From Anaerolineae bacterium (GTDB lineage Bacteria > Chloroflexota > Anaerolineae > Aggregatilineales > UBA3940), in assembly GCA_016926255.1 (NCBI GenBank), contig JAFGOY010000012.1:14172-78171 (forward strand): 64,000 bases of DNA, in the 5' to 3' direction. The first letter of the stretch is position 1, and every line of letters begins with the position of its first letter. Below, piece by piece: positions 17,010 through 26,629 of this stretch. The notes under the pieces were generated by a model. That model was not told the origin of the DNA. It was given only the letters and a program-made list of their open reading frames with translations, and searched no databases. Made by a program: the position numbers and the translations under genes.

Positions 17010-18260
17010 TTACTCCTGCCTTTCCACAGCTCCGATATCACATCCCGCGCCTTGAGGACGAGGATAACCGTATTGATCGAGACTGTCGGCGCATTCGCTG
17101 GTCGGTACAGCATCGAGGGCCGGGCTGCCATCAAGCGGAATATGTCCGCCATCAGCGAGTGAGCCTAATCCGCAGGGCTGATTGGCGATGTCCGTGTCGT
17201 CAAGAGAAAGGTTTCCAGCAGCACCGATCAAATTATATCCAAGGGAGATAAACGGTTCCTCCTGATTTCCCTCGATGAGGATGTCGGTGGCTGACTGGGC
17301 ACTGTTTCCTGCGATGATCGATTGTTGAAGGGTGACGCTGCCGTCAGTCCAGATACCACCCCCGCGTCCGGCAGTATTGTTAGTGATAGTGCAGGTGACG
17401 ATCTCCACGTTTCCACCCACAGCAGCGATAGCCCCGCCCCCACGCGCGGATCGATTGCCACTGAAGGTTGATGCAGCCGCCGTCAGGGTGGCATCGGTCA
17501 GACATAGCGCCCCTCCCCCGTGGACGGTCACCTCGTTAGCGACGAAGGCGCTGTTCTCCACCTGAAGCTCGCCCGCGTCGATGTAGATCGCCGCCCCGCA
17601 GCCAACCGAAGTGTTTTCGACAAAGGTGGTTTCAAGAATATCGATCCAGCTGCCGTGTGACGAAATCGCGCCGCCGTTGAATACCGCCGCATTACCCCGG
17701 AATTCGCCAGCGGTGATCTCTATCGATCCTGCCTGCGTGCCGATGGCCCCGCCCTCGGTTTCAGTTTGGTTGTTGTAAAAGTACCCATCGTAGACGGAGA
17801 TGCGGCCCTCTTCGGTATAAATCGCCGGGCTGTGGTTGTTGTGATAGGCGTTCTGGATGGTGAGAGAGTCAAGCTTGATATCGGTATTTTGGCTGAAAAA
17901 GACGGCATACTGCCCTCCACCATCGATGACTGCATTGTTGCCAGAGATATCGATGTCAGTGTTGAGGGACGGAAGATCGGCGGTGAGGTGGTAGGTGCAA
18001 TCTGGCGTAAGAACGATCTCACCCCCGGCGGCGACGGCTTCTCGGAGAGCGGATTCGGTGCAGTCGATAGATGGCACTTCGGTTGGCGGCGGGTTGGTGG
18101 GGATCGGCGTTGCTGTTGGCGGCTGGACGGTCGGTGATTCTTGTATCGATGGTGTTGGTGGGATAGCAGTAGCATCGACCGGAGCGCACGCAGTGATGGT
18201 CATAACAGCGACAACGGCAATCAAGCTCCTGATAGCTTTTATGCGATGGCGACAGCGCAT
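17010..18260 (-). CDS. Lipoprotein with right-handed beta-helix (GGAI-type PMP repeats) and a choice-of-anchor-Q-like C-terminus
   Basis: Start at ATG 18260 (MRCRHRIKAIRSLIAVVAVMTITACAP lipobox). Repeated GGAI/GGGAL/GGGI turns are present. The C-terminal motif is LDQYGYPRPQGAGCDIGAVE. Confidence 0.75.
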   Translation of the reverse strand: MRCRHRIKAIRSLIAVVAVMTITACAPVDATAIPPTPSIQESPTVQPPTATPIPTNPPPTEVPSIDCTESALREAVAAGGEIVLTPDCTYHLTADLPSLNTDIDISGNNAVIDGGGQYAVFFSQNTDIKLDSLTIQNAYHNNHSPAIYTEEGRISVYDGYFYNNQTETEGGAIGTQAGSIEITAGEFRGNAAVFNGGAISSHGSWIDILETTFVENTSVGCGAAIYIDAGELQVENSAFVANEVTVHGGGALCLTDATLTAAASTFSGNRSARGGGAIAAVGGNVEIVTCTITNNTAGRGGGIWTDGSVTLQQSIIAGNSAQSATDILIEGNQEEPFISLGYNLIGAAGNLSLDDTDIANQPCGLGSLADGGHIPLDGSPALDAVPTSECADSLDQYGYPRPQGAGCDIGAVERQE

Positions 18261-18485
18261 AGAGACTTCCTGTACCCATATGCTGTGGATCAACGGAACA
18301 TCGACCAGTGGGCAGTATAAAACAGAGCGGACAGGTTGGGCAACAATCTTTGTACCGCGGGTAGCGACAATGGGACTCGTTGATTGATATACTCAAACGA
18401 ACGGCAGCTGGTTTATTGGAAGGAACCGCGATGACAATCAAGCCCAGAGCAGCGGTGGCGTCCTGACTCGTGGAAAGGTATCCTG

Positions 18486-19037
18486 ATGGAATTGTCAGCA
18501 GAACAACGTGAAGAACTGCTCGGAACATTGAAAGCCCGTTTCGAGAAAAATATGAACCGCCATCAAGGCCTTGAATGGGCCAGCGTACAGGCAAAGCTGG
18601 AAGCTAATCCCGAAAAACTGTGGTCACTCAATGAAATGGAAGGCACCGGCGGCGAGCCGGATGTGGTCGGCTATGATCAACAGACAGGCGAGTTCATTTT
18701 TATTGATTGTTCGGCGGAAAGCCCGGCAGGTCGCAGAAGTGTTTGTTACGACCGCGAAGCGCTGGAAGCACGGAAAGAGCACAAACCGGAAAATAACGCA
18801 GTCGATATGGTCGCCGCTATGGGCATCGAGCTTTTATCGGAAGAACAATATCGAGAACTGCAAAAACTCGGCGAATTTGATACGAAAACATCGAGCTGGG
18901 TGAAAACACCCCCCGATATTCGAAAACTCGACGGTGCCCTCTTTTGTGATCGTCGCTACGGCCATGTCTTCGTGTATCACAACAGTGCGTCTTCTTACTA
19001 TGCCGCCAGGGGGTTCCGTGGCTCGCTAAGGGTCTAA
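18486..19037 (+). CDS. DUF4256-like protein (183 aa)
   Basis: The N-terminal pattern LSAEQREELLGTLKARFEKNMNRH.GLEW..V.AKLEANPEKLWSLNEMEGTGGEPDVVG matches my memory of the DUF4256 family. GC is lower than in the neighbours. Confidence 0.6.
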   Translation: MELSAEQREELLGTLKARFEKNMNRHQGLEWASVQAKLEANPEKLWSLNEMEGTGGEPDVVGYDQQTGEFIFIDCSAESPAGRRSVCYDREALEARKEHKPENNAVDMVAAMGIELLSEEQYRELQKLGEFDTKTSSWVKTPPDIRKLDGALFCDRRYGHVFVYHNSASSYYAARGFRGSLRV

Positions 19038-19074
19038 ATTTAGCGACGCACCACACGACAGGGTTAAATCGATC

Positions 19075-19099
19075 AGCCGACCGCTCAGGTCGGCTTTTT
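19075..19099 (+). terminator. Rho-independent terminator (AGCCGACC-GCTCA-GGTCGGCT-TTTT)
   Basis: An 8-bp stem plus T-run, 38 nt after the stop at 19037. Confidence 0.75.
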
Positions 19100-19353
19100 G
19101 TGTAATTTATCAGACGGAATAAACAAGTTTGTCTGTTTTATTATGATCGGCATCTTCTTATTTTTGTGCCAACAAATTTAGTAAGGTATGATACCTTTCA
19201 CGTCCGAACTCAAATTCCTCTTTTTCACTTACTCAGAGCGGACATTTTAGTCTATGTATGTCTTCATAACCTCATAGCGATTTCCCGGAGCAGCGATCGA
19301 TCATTCGCTGCTGATAGGAAAACTGCACCTTTTAGCCAATCACCGGAGGAGAT

Positions 19354-19638
19354 ATGCAACACGAACCTGCACCACAGGAACTCGGAGAGGACCGTGCCGC
19401 AGAATACAAGGCACGGAATGGGCTGATCCTGTTCGGGGTCTACAGCCTGATCTATCTTGGATTCGTCCTGATCAACCTGATAAGTCCTGGCCTGATGGCA
19501 AAAGAGGTCATCGGCGGGGTCAACCTAGCCGTCGTCTACGGCTTCGGGCTGATCCTCCTGGCGATCATCATGGGGGTCATTTACAACGCCATGTGTACCA
19601 GGGCAGAAGATCAAATGAACGGGGGAACAGCCGAATGA
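19354..19638 (+). CDS. DUF485 inner-membrane protein (YjcH-like partner of ActP)
   Basis: 94 aa with two hydrophobic helices and a GGAGGAG RBS. Its stop overlaps the actP start (ATGA), the classic yjcH-actP arrangement. Confidence 0.8.
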   Translation: MQHEPAPQELGEDRAAEYKARNGLILFGVYSLIYLGFVLINLISPGLMAKEVIGGVNLAVVYGFGLILLAIIMGVIYNAMCTRAEDQMNGGTAE

Positions 19639-21569
19639 TTTACAATGCATCACCTCTGGCAATCGGGATATTCGTCGTATTCGTGCTGCTGGTACTGGGG
19701 ATCTCGTTCTATTTTGCGGGTCGAACCAAAAGCGCATCAGGCTATTTCGCCGCCGGTGGAAAAATCCACTGGGGGGTGAACGGGATCGCCTTTGCCGGTG
19801 ACTATCTCTCGGCGGCCTCGTTCCTCGGCATCTGCGGGATGATCGCAGTCGACGGCTACGACGGCTTCCTGTATTCAATCGGCTACCTGGCCGGGTGGAT
19901 CGTGGCGCTGTTCGTTGTGGCGGAACCGCTCAAGCGGCTGGGCAAATACACGCTCTCTGATGCGTTGGACGCTAAGTTCAACTCGAAGGGCATCCAGTTG
20001 ATGGCCGGTATCAGCGCGCTGATCGTCTCGATCTGCTATCTGATCCCGCAGATGGTTGGCGCGGGGGCACTCGTGACGCCGCTGCTGGGCCTGCCACACT
20101 GGATCGGCGTGGCGATGGTGGGAGGGATCGTGATCACCATCGTGGCAACGGCAGGGATGGCCTCGACGACCTACGTGCAGTTCCTTAAGGGCGGCCTGCT
20201 GATCATCTTCTCGACGATTGTCACCGTGCTGGTCGTCCGCAACGGACTGTCGCTCAAACCTTCTGAGACCTACCACGACTTTCAGGCTATTTCGGCGGTA
20301 GTCGAGGCGGGCGAAGTGGTCGAGATCTCCAACCCGGACTACAGCATCGCCGGGCAGTATGAAGCAAACGGGATGCAGTTCGTCAAGCTGGAGCAGGACG
20401 GCGTGTTCACGTGGTGGAGCCTGGGCGAGATCGACGGGCAGCCGGTGCTGAATGAGGCCCCATCCGCTATTCCCGCCGACAAAATCTACAACGGCGAACC
20501 CCAGGCTGACGGCGCATTCTACCAGGTTGGGCATCCGAGCCGGATTATCCTGGATGGGAAGGAAGTCGCATCGACCGGGCCACTGGGACCCTTCAAGTTC
20601 CTGGCGACTGTGCAGAACAGCGACATCGTGCGCTTCACCAAGGTGACGATCAACGACGGAGACGACAAGGTATCGGTCTGGTACCAGAACGTGACGCCTG
20701 GCGAGCAGATCATGCGCCCCGGCCTGCACTTCAAGGTGGCCGAGGGATCGACGTGGATCAGTAAGCTGGACTTCTCATCGCTGATGCTGGCGCTGTTCTT
20801 CGGGACGTCGGCGCTGCCGCACATCCTGATCCGGTATTACACGGTTCCCAGCCAGCGTGACGCCCGCAAATCGACCATCGTGGCGATTGCGGCGATCGGG
20901 TTCTTCTACATCCTGACCCTGTTCATGGGGCTGGGGGCGATGGTCAACGGCGTGCTCGACCTGGAAAGCAGCAACATGTCCGCGCCGCTGCTGGCGCAAA
21001 CCTTTGGAACGGCGCTGTTCGCCTTCATCTCGGCGATTGCCTTTGCGACGGTGCTGGGCACGGTCAGCGGGCTGATCGTCGCCGCATCGGGTGCGGTGGC
21101 CCACGACCTGATGGACAACTTCTTCGGGATCAAGATGGAAGAAAAGGGCAAGGTGCGGGCCGGGAAGATCGCGGCGATTGTGGTTGGCGGGATCGCGATC
21201 ATCCTCGGCATGCTGTTCAAGGGAATGAACGTCTCGTTCCTGGTAGGGCTGGCCTTTGCGGTCGCTGCATCGGCGAACCTGCCCGCGATTCTGATGCTGC
21301 TGTTCTGGAAAAAGACAACCGCCAAGGGGATCGCGGCTTCGATACTGGTGGGGATGATCTCGGCACTGATGCTGATCCTGCTCTCGCCGGCGATGTTCGA
21401 ACGCTACGGGCTGCCGGGATCGGCAGTGTTCCCGCTCGACAATCCGGGTATCGTCTCGATACCGCTGAGCTTCGTGACGCTGATCGTCGTCTCGCTGCTG
21501 ACACAGCCGGAAGCAACAGAGGAAGCGCCCCCCATTGTGGAAGCGTCGATGACGGCTGCCGACCGGTAG
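19635..21569 (+). CDS. actP: Cation/acetate symporter ActP (sodium:solute symporter family) with an enlarged extramembrane loop
   Basis: Start at ATG 19635 (MIYNASPLAIGIFVV). SSF motifs are present: GGKIHWGVNGIAFAGDYLSAASFLG and GTSALPHILIRYYTV. Length is 644 aa, compared with ~550 aa for typical ActP. Confidence 0.85.
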   Translation: MIYNASPLAIGIFVVFVLLVLGISFYFAGRTKSASGYFAAGGKIHWGVNGIAFAGDYLSAASFLGICGMIAVDGYDGFLYSIGYLAGWIVALFVVAEPLKRLGKYTLSDALDAKFNSKGIQLMAGISALIVSICYLIPQMVGAGALVTPLLGLPHWIGVAMVGGIVITIVATAGMASTTYVQFLKGGLLIIFSTIVTVLVVRNGLSLKPSETYHDFQAISAVVEAGEVVEISNPDYSIAGQYEANGMQFVKLEQDGVFTWWSLGEIDGQPVLNEAPSAIPADKIYNGEPQADGAFYQVGHPSRIILDGKEVASTGPLGPFKFLATVQNSDIVRFTKVTINDGDDKVSVWYQNVTPGEQIMRPGLHFKVAEGSTWISKLDFSSLMLALFFGTSALPHILIRYYTVPSQRDARKSTIVAIAAIGFFYILTLFMGLGAMVNGVLDLESSNMSAPLLAQTFGTALFAFISAIAFATVLGTVSGLIVAASGAVAHDLMDNFFGIKMEEKGKVRAGKIAAIVVGGIAIILGMLFKGMNVSFLVGLAFAVAASANLPAILMLLFWKKTTAKGIAASILVGMISALMLILLSPAMFERYGLPGSAVFPLDNPGIVSIPLSFVTLIVVSLLTQPEATEEAPPIVEASMTAADR

Positions 21570-21595
21570 TTTGAAAACAGAGGTTTTTACTGAAA

Positions 21596-21630
21596 GCGGG
21601 GACGTACTTTGACACGTCCCCGCTTTCTTG
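21596..21630 (+). terminator. Rho-independent terminator after actP (GCGGGGACGT-loop-ACGTCCCCGC-TTTCTT)
   Basis: A 10-bp stem is read directly, 27 nt after the stop. Confidence 0.75.
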
Positions 21631-21694
21631 TCCCGACGATTGAAGGGCTGGAGGTAGAAGCCTATAATCAGGAAAATGCCACAAGGAGAAACCA

Positions 21695-22012
21695 ATGCCC
21701 GACTTGTTACATATCGACGACCTGTACGCCAGTTTCAACTCTATTCCCACTGACAGCATCGTCAGCCGAACGGTGCTCGACACCGATCAGATCAAGGCGG
21801 TTGCCTTCGGGTTTGCGCAGGGGCAAGAGCTTTCCGAGCATACCGCGTCGATGCCCGCCGTCATCCACTTTCTGAAGGGCGAGGCCCATGTCGCGCTGGG
21901 CGATCAGGAAATCGAGGCGGTGCCTGGCACGTGGGTGCATATGCCCGCGAAGATGGCGCACAGCATCACCGCCAAAAGCGAAGTCGTGATGCTGCTCTTG
22001 CTGCTCAAATAA
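21695..22012 (+). CDS. Cupin domain protein
   Basis: 105 aa. Cupin motif pattern G.ELSEHTA..PAVIHFLKGEA...G..VHMPA...HS. AAGGAGA RBS. Confidence 0.7.
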   Translation: MPDLLHIDDLYASFNSIPTDSIVSRTVLDTDQIKAVAFGFAQGQELSEHTASMPAVIHFLKGEAHVALGDQEIEAVPGTWVHMPAKMAHSITAKSEVVMLLLLLK

Positions 22013-22033
22013 CCTATCCGAAAAGGACAACCT

Positions 22034-23977
22034 ATGCTGGGCCGGGTGATTCTGATCACAGTGATGATGGCCGGACTGTTTCCCGCTGCGGAAATGGGAA
22101 TGCAGGAGACAGTCCCGCGATTCGAGCCGGGCGAGTGCCCGGAGCCGCTGGCCGGTCTGGACGGCGTCGAGTGCGGACAGTTGATCGTGCCGGAGAACCG
22201 GGACGGCCCGGAGAGCCGGTCGATCAGCCTGACGGTGGCGATCTTCCGGGCGCGGAGCGAGAACCCGGCCCCTGACCCGGTGATCTACCTGGAGGGCGGG
22301 CCGGGCGGCAGCGCTATCGATTATGGACGATGGGCGGCGATCAGCCCGATCCGCGAACAGCGCGACCTGATTCTCTACGAGCAGCGCGGCAACCGGTATG
22401 CCGATCCCTGGCTGGACTGCCCGGAAATCTCCGAGGCTTTCATCGACAACATGGAGCGTGGGCTAAGTCCGGCGGAAGAAGCGCCGACAGAACTGGCTGC
22501 CGCCGAAGCATGCCGGGATCGATTCCTGGCGGAGGGCGTCGACCTGAGCGGGTATACGAGCGCGGAAAGCGCGGCGGACGTCGCCGACCTGGGTCGAGTG
22601 CTGGGCTACGAGGAATGGAACCTGTACGGGGTTTCTTATGGGACCCGGCTGGGGCTGACCGTGCTGCGCGATCACCCGGAAGGGGTGCGCAGCGTGATCC
22701 TGGATTCGGTGTACCCGCCGGAGGCGTCAAGCTGGGCGATGCTGACTGCCAATGCCGCGTGGCTGTTCGACAGGGTATTCGATGACTGCGCCGCCGACAC
22801 GGAATGCACGGCGACCTACCCGGAACTGGAAGCGCACTTCTACGCCGTGCTGGATCGGGCAAACGCCGAGCCGATCACAATCGAGGGCATCGAGCAGCCG
22901 CGCACGTTTCGATTAACCGGCCCGGATATTGTGGGTGGGCTGGCACAGGGGATGTACGATCCCGACTTCACGGCGATCACCCCGCTTCTGATCGAGGAAC
23001 TGTACCGGGGCAGTGACACCGTGCTCGTGCCGCTGGTCGATATGCTGGCGGATCGATTGGGCGATATCAGCATGGGAGCATATCTATCCATCGAGTGCTA
23101 CGAACGCTACCCATTCGAGCCGCCGGAGGTGATCGCGGCAGCGGCGGCGGATTATCCGCCCCAACTGCACGATCCGCTGTTCACGCGGGTGGAATGGTGC
23201 GAAGCCTGGGAGACGGAGCCGGTCGACCCGGTGGAACACGAGCCGGTGTCGAGCGATGTGCCGGTGCTTCTCCTGAGCGGCGCGGTCGATCCGATCACGC
23301 CGCCGCGTGACGCGGCTCAGGCTGCGGAGATGCTCAGCAGCGGGTATTGGTACGAATTCCCCGGCGAAGGCCACGCGGTATCTTTTGGGGGGTGCCCTCA
23401 GCAGATGATGCTCGCTTTCCTGGACGATCCGGGCGCGGCACCGGATTCAGGCTGTCTTTCAGAGATGGATACCGTCGAGTTTGTCAGCGATATTTACACG
23501 ACAACCGCATTCTACCGGTTGAACGTCGATCTGCTGTCACGGCGTCCGCTGGGCTGGTTCGGGCTGCTTGGGTTCTGCCTCCTGTTTTTCCTGGCGGAGA
23601 TTCTGATGCGGCTGGTCGGGCTGGTGTTCCGGCGCGGCAGGAACGATCCGCGAGGCGCGCAGGCCGCGCATATCGTATCGGGCAGCATGGCGGCGGTGAA
23701 CCTGGGCTTTCTGACCGGGCTGATACTTGCGATCCGGCAGGCGACGGCATCGAACTGGCTGATCCTGGCGCTGGGCATCCCGGCGAAATGGGCGTGGGTG
23801 CTGTATCTGCCGGTGCTGTCGGGCGCGGCAGGGATCGGGATGGCATACTTCGTATACCGGGCGATCCGCGAGGGATATTGGAATCGAGTCTGGCGGATTC
23901 ATTACATCCTGGCGACGGCTGCGGCACTGGCCTTCACACTGTTCTGCGTCTACTGGGGGCTGGTTCGATTGCTTTAG
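22034..23977 (+). CDS. Secreted alpha/beta hydrolase (S33 tripeptidyl-aminopeptidase-like) with a C-terminal multi-TM anchor
   Basis: Oxyanion motif GGPGGSAI and nucleophile elbow YGVSYGTRLG are present. There are four hydrophobic helices in the last ~170 aa. Confidence 0.75.
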   Translation: MLGRVILITVMMAGLFPAAEMGMQETVPRFEPGECPEPLAGLDGVECGQLIVPENRDGPESRSISLTVAIFRARSENPAPDPVIYLEGGPGGSAIDYGRWAAISPIREQRDLILYEQRGNRYADPWLDCPEISEAFIDNMERGLSPAEEAPTELAAAEACRDRFLAEGVDLSGYTSAESAADVADLGRVLGYEEWNLYGVSYGTRLGLTVLRDHPEGVRSVILDSVYPPEASSWAMLTANAAWLFDRVFDDCAADTECTATYPELEAHFYAVLDRANAEPITIEGIEQPRTFRLTGPDIVGGLAQGMYDPDFTAITPLLIEELYRGSDTVLVPLVDMLADRLGDISMGAYLSIECYERYPFEPPEVIAAAAADYPPQLHDPLFTRVEWCEAWETEPVDPVEHEPVSSDVPVLLLSGAVDPITPPRDAAQAAEMLSSGYWYEFPGEGHAVSFGGCPQQMMLAFLDDPGAAPDSGCLSEMDTVEFVSDIYTTTAFYRLNVDLLSRRPLGWFGLLGFCLLFFLAEILMRLVGLVFRRGRNDPRGAQAAHIVSGSMAAVNLGFLTGLILAIRQATASNWLILALGIPAKWAWVLYLPVLSGAAGIGMAYFVYRAIREGYWNRVWRIHYILATAAALAFTLFCVYWGLVRLL

Positions 23978-24001
23978 GTCATCGGCGAATTTCACGAATT
24001 G

Positions 24002-24026
24002 GGGCGACCGGGTGGTCGCCTTTTTG
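24002..24026 (+). terminator. Rho-independent terminator (GGCGACC-GGGT-GGTCGCC-TTTTT)
   Basis: Read directly, 25 nt after the stop at 23977. Confidence 0.75.
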
Positions 24027-24197
24027 ATGATGGTGATCTTTTAAAAGGGGCATGTTAGTGGATTTGGAGTTAAACTGCCGTAGTTGCATACGGGGGCGTC
24101 TCGCTGCCGCCTGCAACAGATCGCCCGGACACGCGTATAGGGTTATGACTTTGTGACCGGTTTGTGCTGTTGACTGTGGTAGTGAGAAGAGGATCAA

Positions 24198-24791
24198 ATG
24201 TATACTGAGAAATCTGCTGTCACACCGATGAAAGTGTGTGAGAAGCAGGAACGACAGTGGCCGGGAACCGTTATGCTGGTACTGAGTGTTATCGCTACTT
24301 CTGTGCTGGCAATCTACATGGCAAAGAACATCGACGAACTGGCAACATTTATCACCGCCATTGGGGTCATCGGGCCGCTGGTGAGCATTTCGCTGCATAC
24401 GCTGCTGGGCGCGTCGCCGATTCCGACCGAAACGCTGACTGCGATCAACGGGATCGTGTTTGGCCCGGCAGCAGGCACGTTCTACAGCTGGATCGGTTAC
24501 ATGCTGGCCTCGTTCGTCGAGTATTTCATCGGGGTGAAGATCGGGAATATAGCAGACTTCGAATCGGAGCGCGACAAGATGCCGTTCGGGTTGGGCCGCC
24601 TTCCTGCCGATTCGCCCTGGTTCCTGATCCTGGGGCGGGTCGTTCCTTTTGGCGGGGCAAAAGTGGTGGGAGTTGTCGGGGGTGTATACCGGGTATCGCT
24701 GTGGCGCTTCACCTGGACGGCGGCGCTGGCGACCGGTGCGGGGGCGCTGATTTTCGCCTATGGTGGGTCTATGCTCAAGGGGCTGTTTTAG
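24198..24791 (+). CDS. TVP38/TMEM64 (DedA-related, VTT domain) membrane protein
   Basis: 197 aa, multi-TM, with the pattern LLGASPIPTETLTAINGIVFGP..GT.YSWIG typical of the family. Confidence 0.65.
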   Translation: MYTEKSAVTPMKVCEKQERQWPGTVMLVLSVIATSVLAIYMAKNIDELATFITAIGVIGPLVSISLHTLLGASPIPTETLTAINGIVFGPAAGTFYSWIGYMLASFVEYFIGVKIGNIADFESERDKMPFGLGRLPADSPWFLILGRVVPFGGAKVVGVVGGVYRVSLWRFTWTAALATGAGALIFAYGGSMLKGLF

Positions 24792-24907
24792 GGCGGTGGG
24801 GCGATCATAAAGGTGGGCGATAGGTAACCGCAAGGATCGCCCTGCGAGATGAAATCAGGATTTGTGATCGATCTGGTAAAGTGTTGAAAGATCAGGCCTA
24901 AAAAGTA

Positions 24908-26629
24908 CTAAGACTGATTGGCGAGGGGCAGAGAAAATGAAAACGTACTGCCTTTCCCCGATTCGCTTTCCATCCACATTTTCCCGCCGTGAAGTTCGAC
25001 TATCAGCTTGGAGATCGTCAACCCCAGGCCGGTGCCTCCCATCTCGCTGAGCACCGTGTCTGAGCGGAAGAACTGATCGAATACCTGTTCCTGCTCCTCC
25101 CGGCTGATCCCGATACCTTCGTCCTGCACACCGATCTCGATCCGGTCGGCTTCTTTTCTTCCCCGAATGGTGATCGTGCCGCCGTCGGGCGAATACTTGA
25201 TGGCGTTCGAGATCAGGTTCCAAAATACCTGTTCCAGACGGGAACGGTCAGCGTTGACCGTCGGCAGGTCATCAAAGCCAACCATCTGGATGGAATGTTC
25301 GTTTGCCGTTTCCGCAAAAGGCTGTATCACCTGATCTACCAGTTGCATCATATCAACCGGCTCGAATTCCAGTTCCAGGCCACGCCCGGACTCCAGGCGC
25401 GTGACATCGAGGAGACTATCGATGATTCGCGCCAACTGCTGGGACTGCCGGTCGATGAACTGCAGGTAGCGCCGGTGGCGCTCCGGACTGAGTTCACGAG
25501 TCAGAAGAATCTGGCTAAATCCCCGGATGCTGGTCAGCGGGGTGCGGAGTTCGTGGGCTGCCGTCGAGAGGAACGAGTCCTTCATCCGCTCGACGGTTTT
25601 CATCGCGCTGATATCACGCAGGCTGCACACCACCGCCATCAGGCCATCTTTTTCCTGAACAGGCGCCATCGCGAGTTCGGCGTCAAAGGTCGAGCCGTTC
25701 AGATGCAGGGCGGTTGCTTCAAAGCGCACCGTTTGCCGGTGAGCAACTACAGCTGCCAACCCATCCCCAAATTCATCGCGTTTGTGGGGGACCAGCAGGT
25801 TTTGCATCGGGCGGTCTTCCAGACAGTCGGGTTCCAACCCAAACAATGCCCGACAGATCGGATTGGCCCGCCGGATCGTACCATCCGGGGAGAGCAGGAA
25901 AATGGCATCAGGTGTGTTATTGACGATGACGGCCAGCCGCTCGCTTGTTCGCTGCAACTCGGCGGTGTGGTCGGCAACCTCAATTTCGAGCTGCGCGGCC
26001 CAGTTTCGCAACAAGTATTGTGAGGAAGCGACAATCCCGAAAACAATGCTGCTGGCAATCATCCAGATTAAAAACGTGAAAGCGATCGTTTCACGGATGT
26101 CCCTATTCGGGGGAACTGGCAGGCGGCCTGCCATCCACAGGCCGATCATCCCGATATACAGGACGAAACACAGCGTATATACAGCAAGGGCTTCTCTAAG
26201 CGAAAGGACAACCACGCTGACCGCTACCACCAATGTCAGTAATACGGTACCCAGCGGATCGGAAAAGGGATTCCCCTCAGTAAAGTTTCTTGTCAGCGTG
26301 GCGGCCAACAGGGACAGGACGACGAGCCATGAGGCCAGCCGGTAATGGCCCCGGCGGTTAAGCAGGTATGTCAACCCGCCGATAGCTACGCCGATGATCT
26401 CGTATAGCCGGTCACTGGCAGGGTCGACGGTGTATGTCTCCTGACGAAGGATCAGCAAAGTACCGTCGACGATCAGCAGCAGCAGTGCCCCGGCAAGTAT
26501 CGTCAGGCTGATAAGATTCACCAGGTGCGACCGGTGAGCGGATTCTGAATATGGGCCGGATAGAGGTGGAGAGATTTTTGCCAGCAGTTCGGCAAGTGGA
26601 CGGCTATTGCTTTCTGCTGATTTCTTCAT
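24908..26629 (-). CDS. Membrane sensor histidine kinase (multi-TM N-terminus, PAS, HisKA, HATPase_c)
   Basis: H-box STAAHELRTPLTSIRG, N-box NLISNAIKYSP, G-boxes DEGIGI and GGTGLGL. About 6 N-terminal hydrophobic helices. No response regulator gene is adjacent. Confidence 0.85.
   Translation of the reverse strand: MKKSAESNSRPLAELLAKISPPLSGPYSESAHRSHLVNLISLTILAGALLLLIVDGTLLILRQETYTVDPASDRLYEIIGVAIGGLTYLLNRRGHYRLASWLVVLSLLAATLTRNFTEGNPFSDPLGTVLLTLVVAVSVVVLSLREALAVYTLCFVLYIGMIGLWMAGRLPVPPNRDIRETIAFTFLIWMIASSIVFGIVASSQYLLRNWAAQLEIEVADHTAELQRTSERLAVIVNNTPDAIFLLSPDGTIRRANPICRALFGLEPDCLEDRPMQNLLVPHKRDEFGDGLAAVVAHRQTVRFEATALHLNGSTFDAELAMAPVQEKDGLMAVVCSLRDISAMKTVERMKDSFLSTAAHELRTPLTSIRGFSQILLTRELSPERHRRYLQFIDRQSQQLARIIDSLLDVTRLESGRGLELEFEPVDMMQLVDQVIQPFAETANEHSIQMVGFDDLPTVNADRSRLEQVFWNLISNAIKYSPDGGTITIRGRKEADRIEIGVQDEGIGISREEQEQVFDQFFRSDTVLSEMGGTGLGLTISKLIVELHGGKMWMESESGKGSTFSFSLPLANQS

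Noticed and set aside
19875-21783. Several 140-306-aa minus-strand ORFs across actP
   Set aside because: They lie antisense to a clear SSF transporter. Their translations are Arg/His/Asp-rich with no hydrophobic pattern or RBS.
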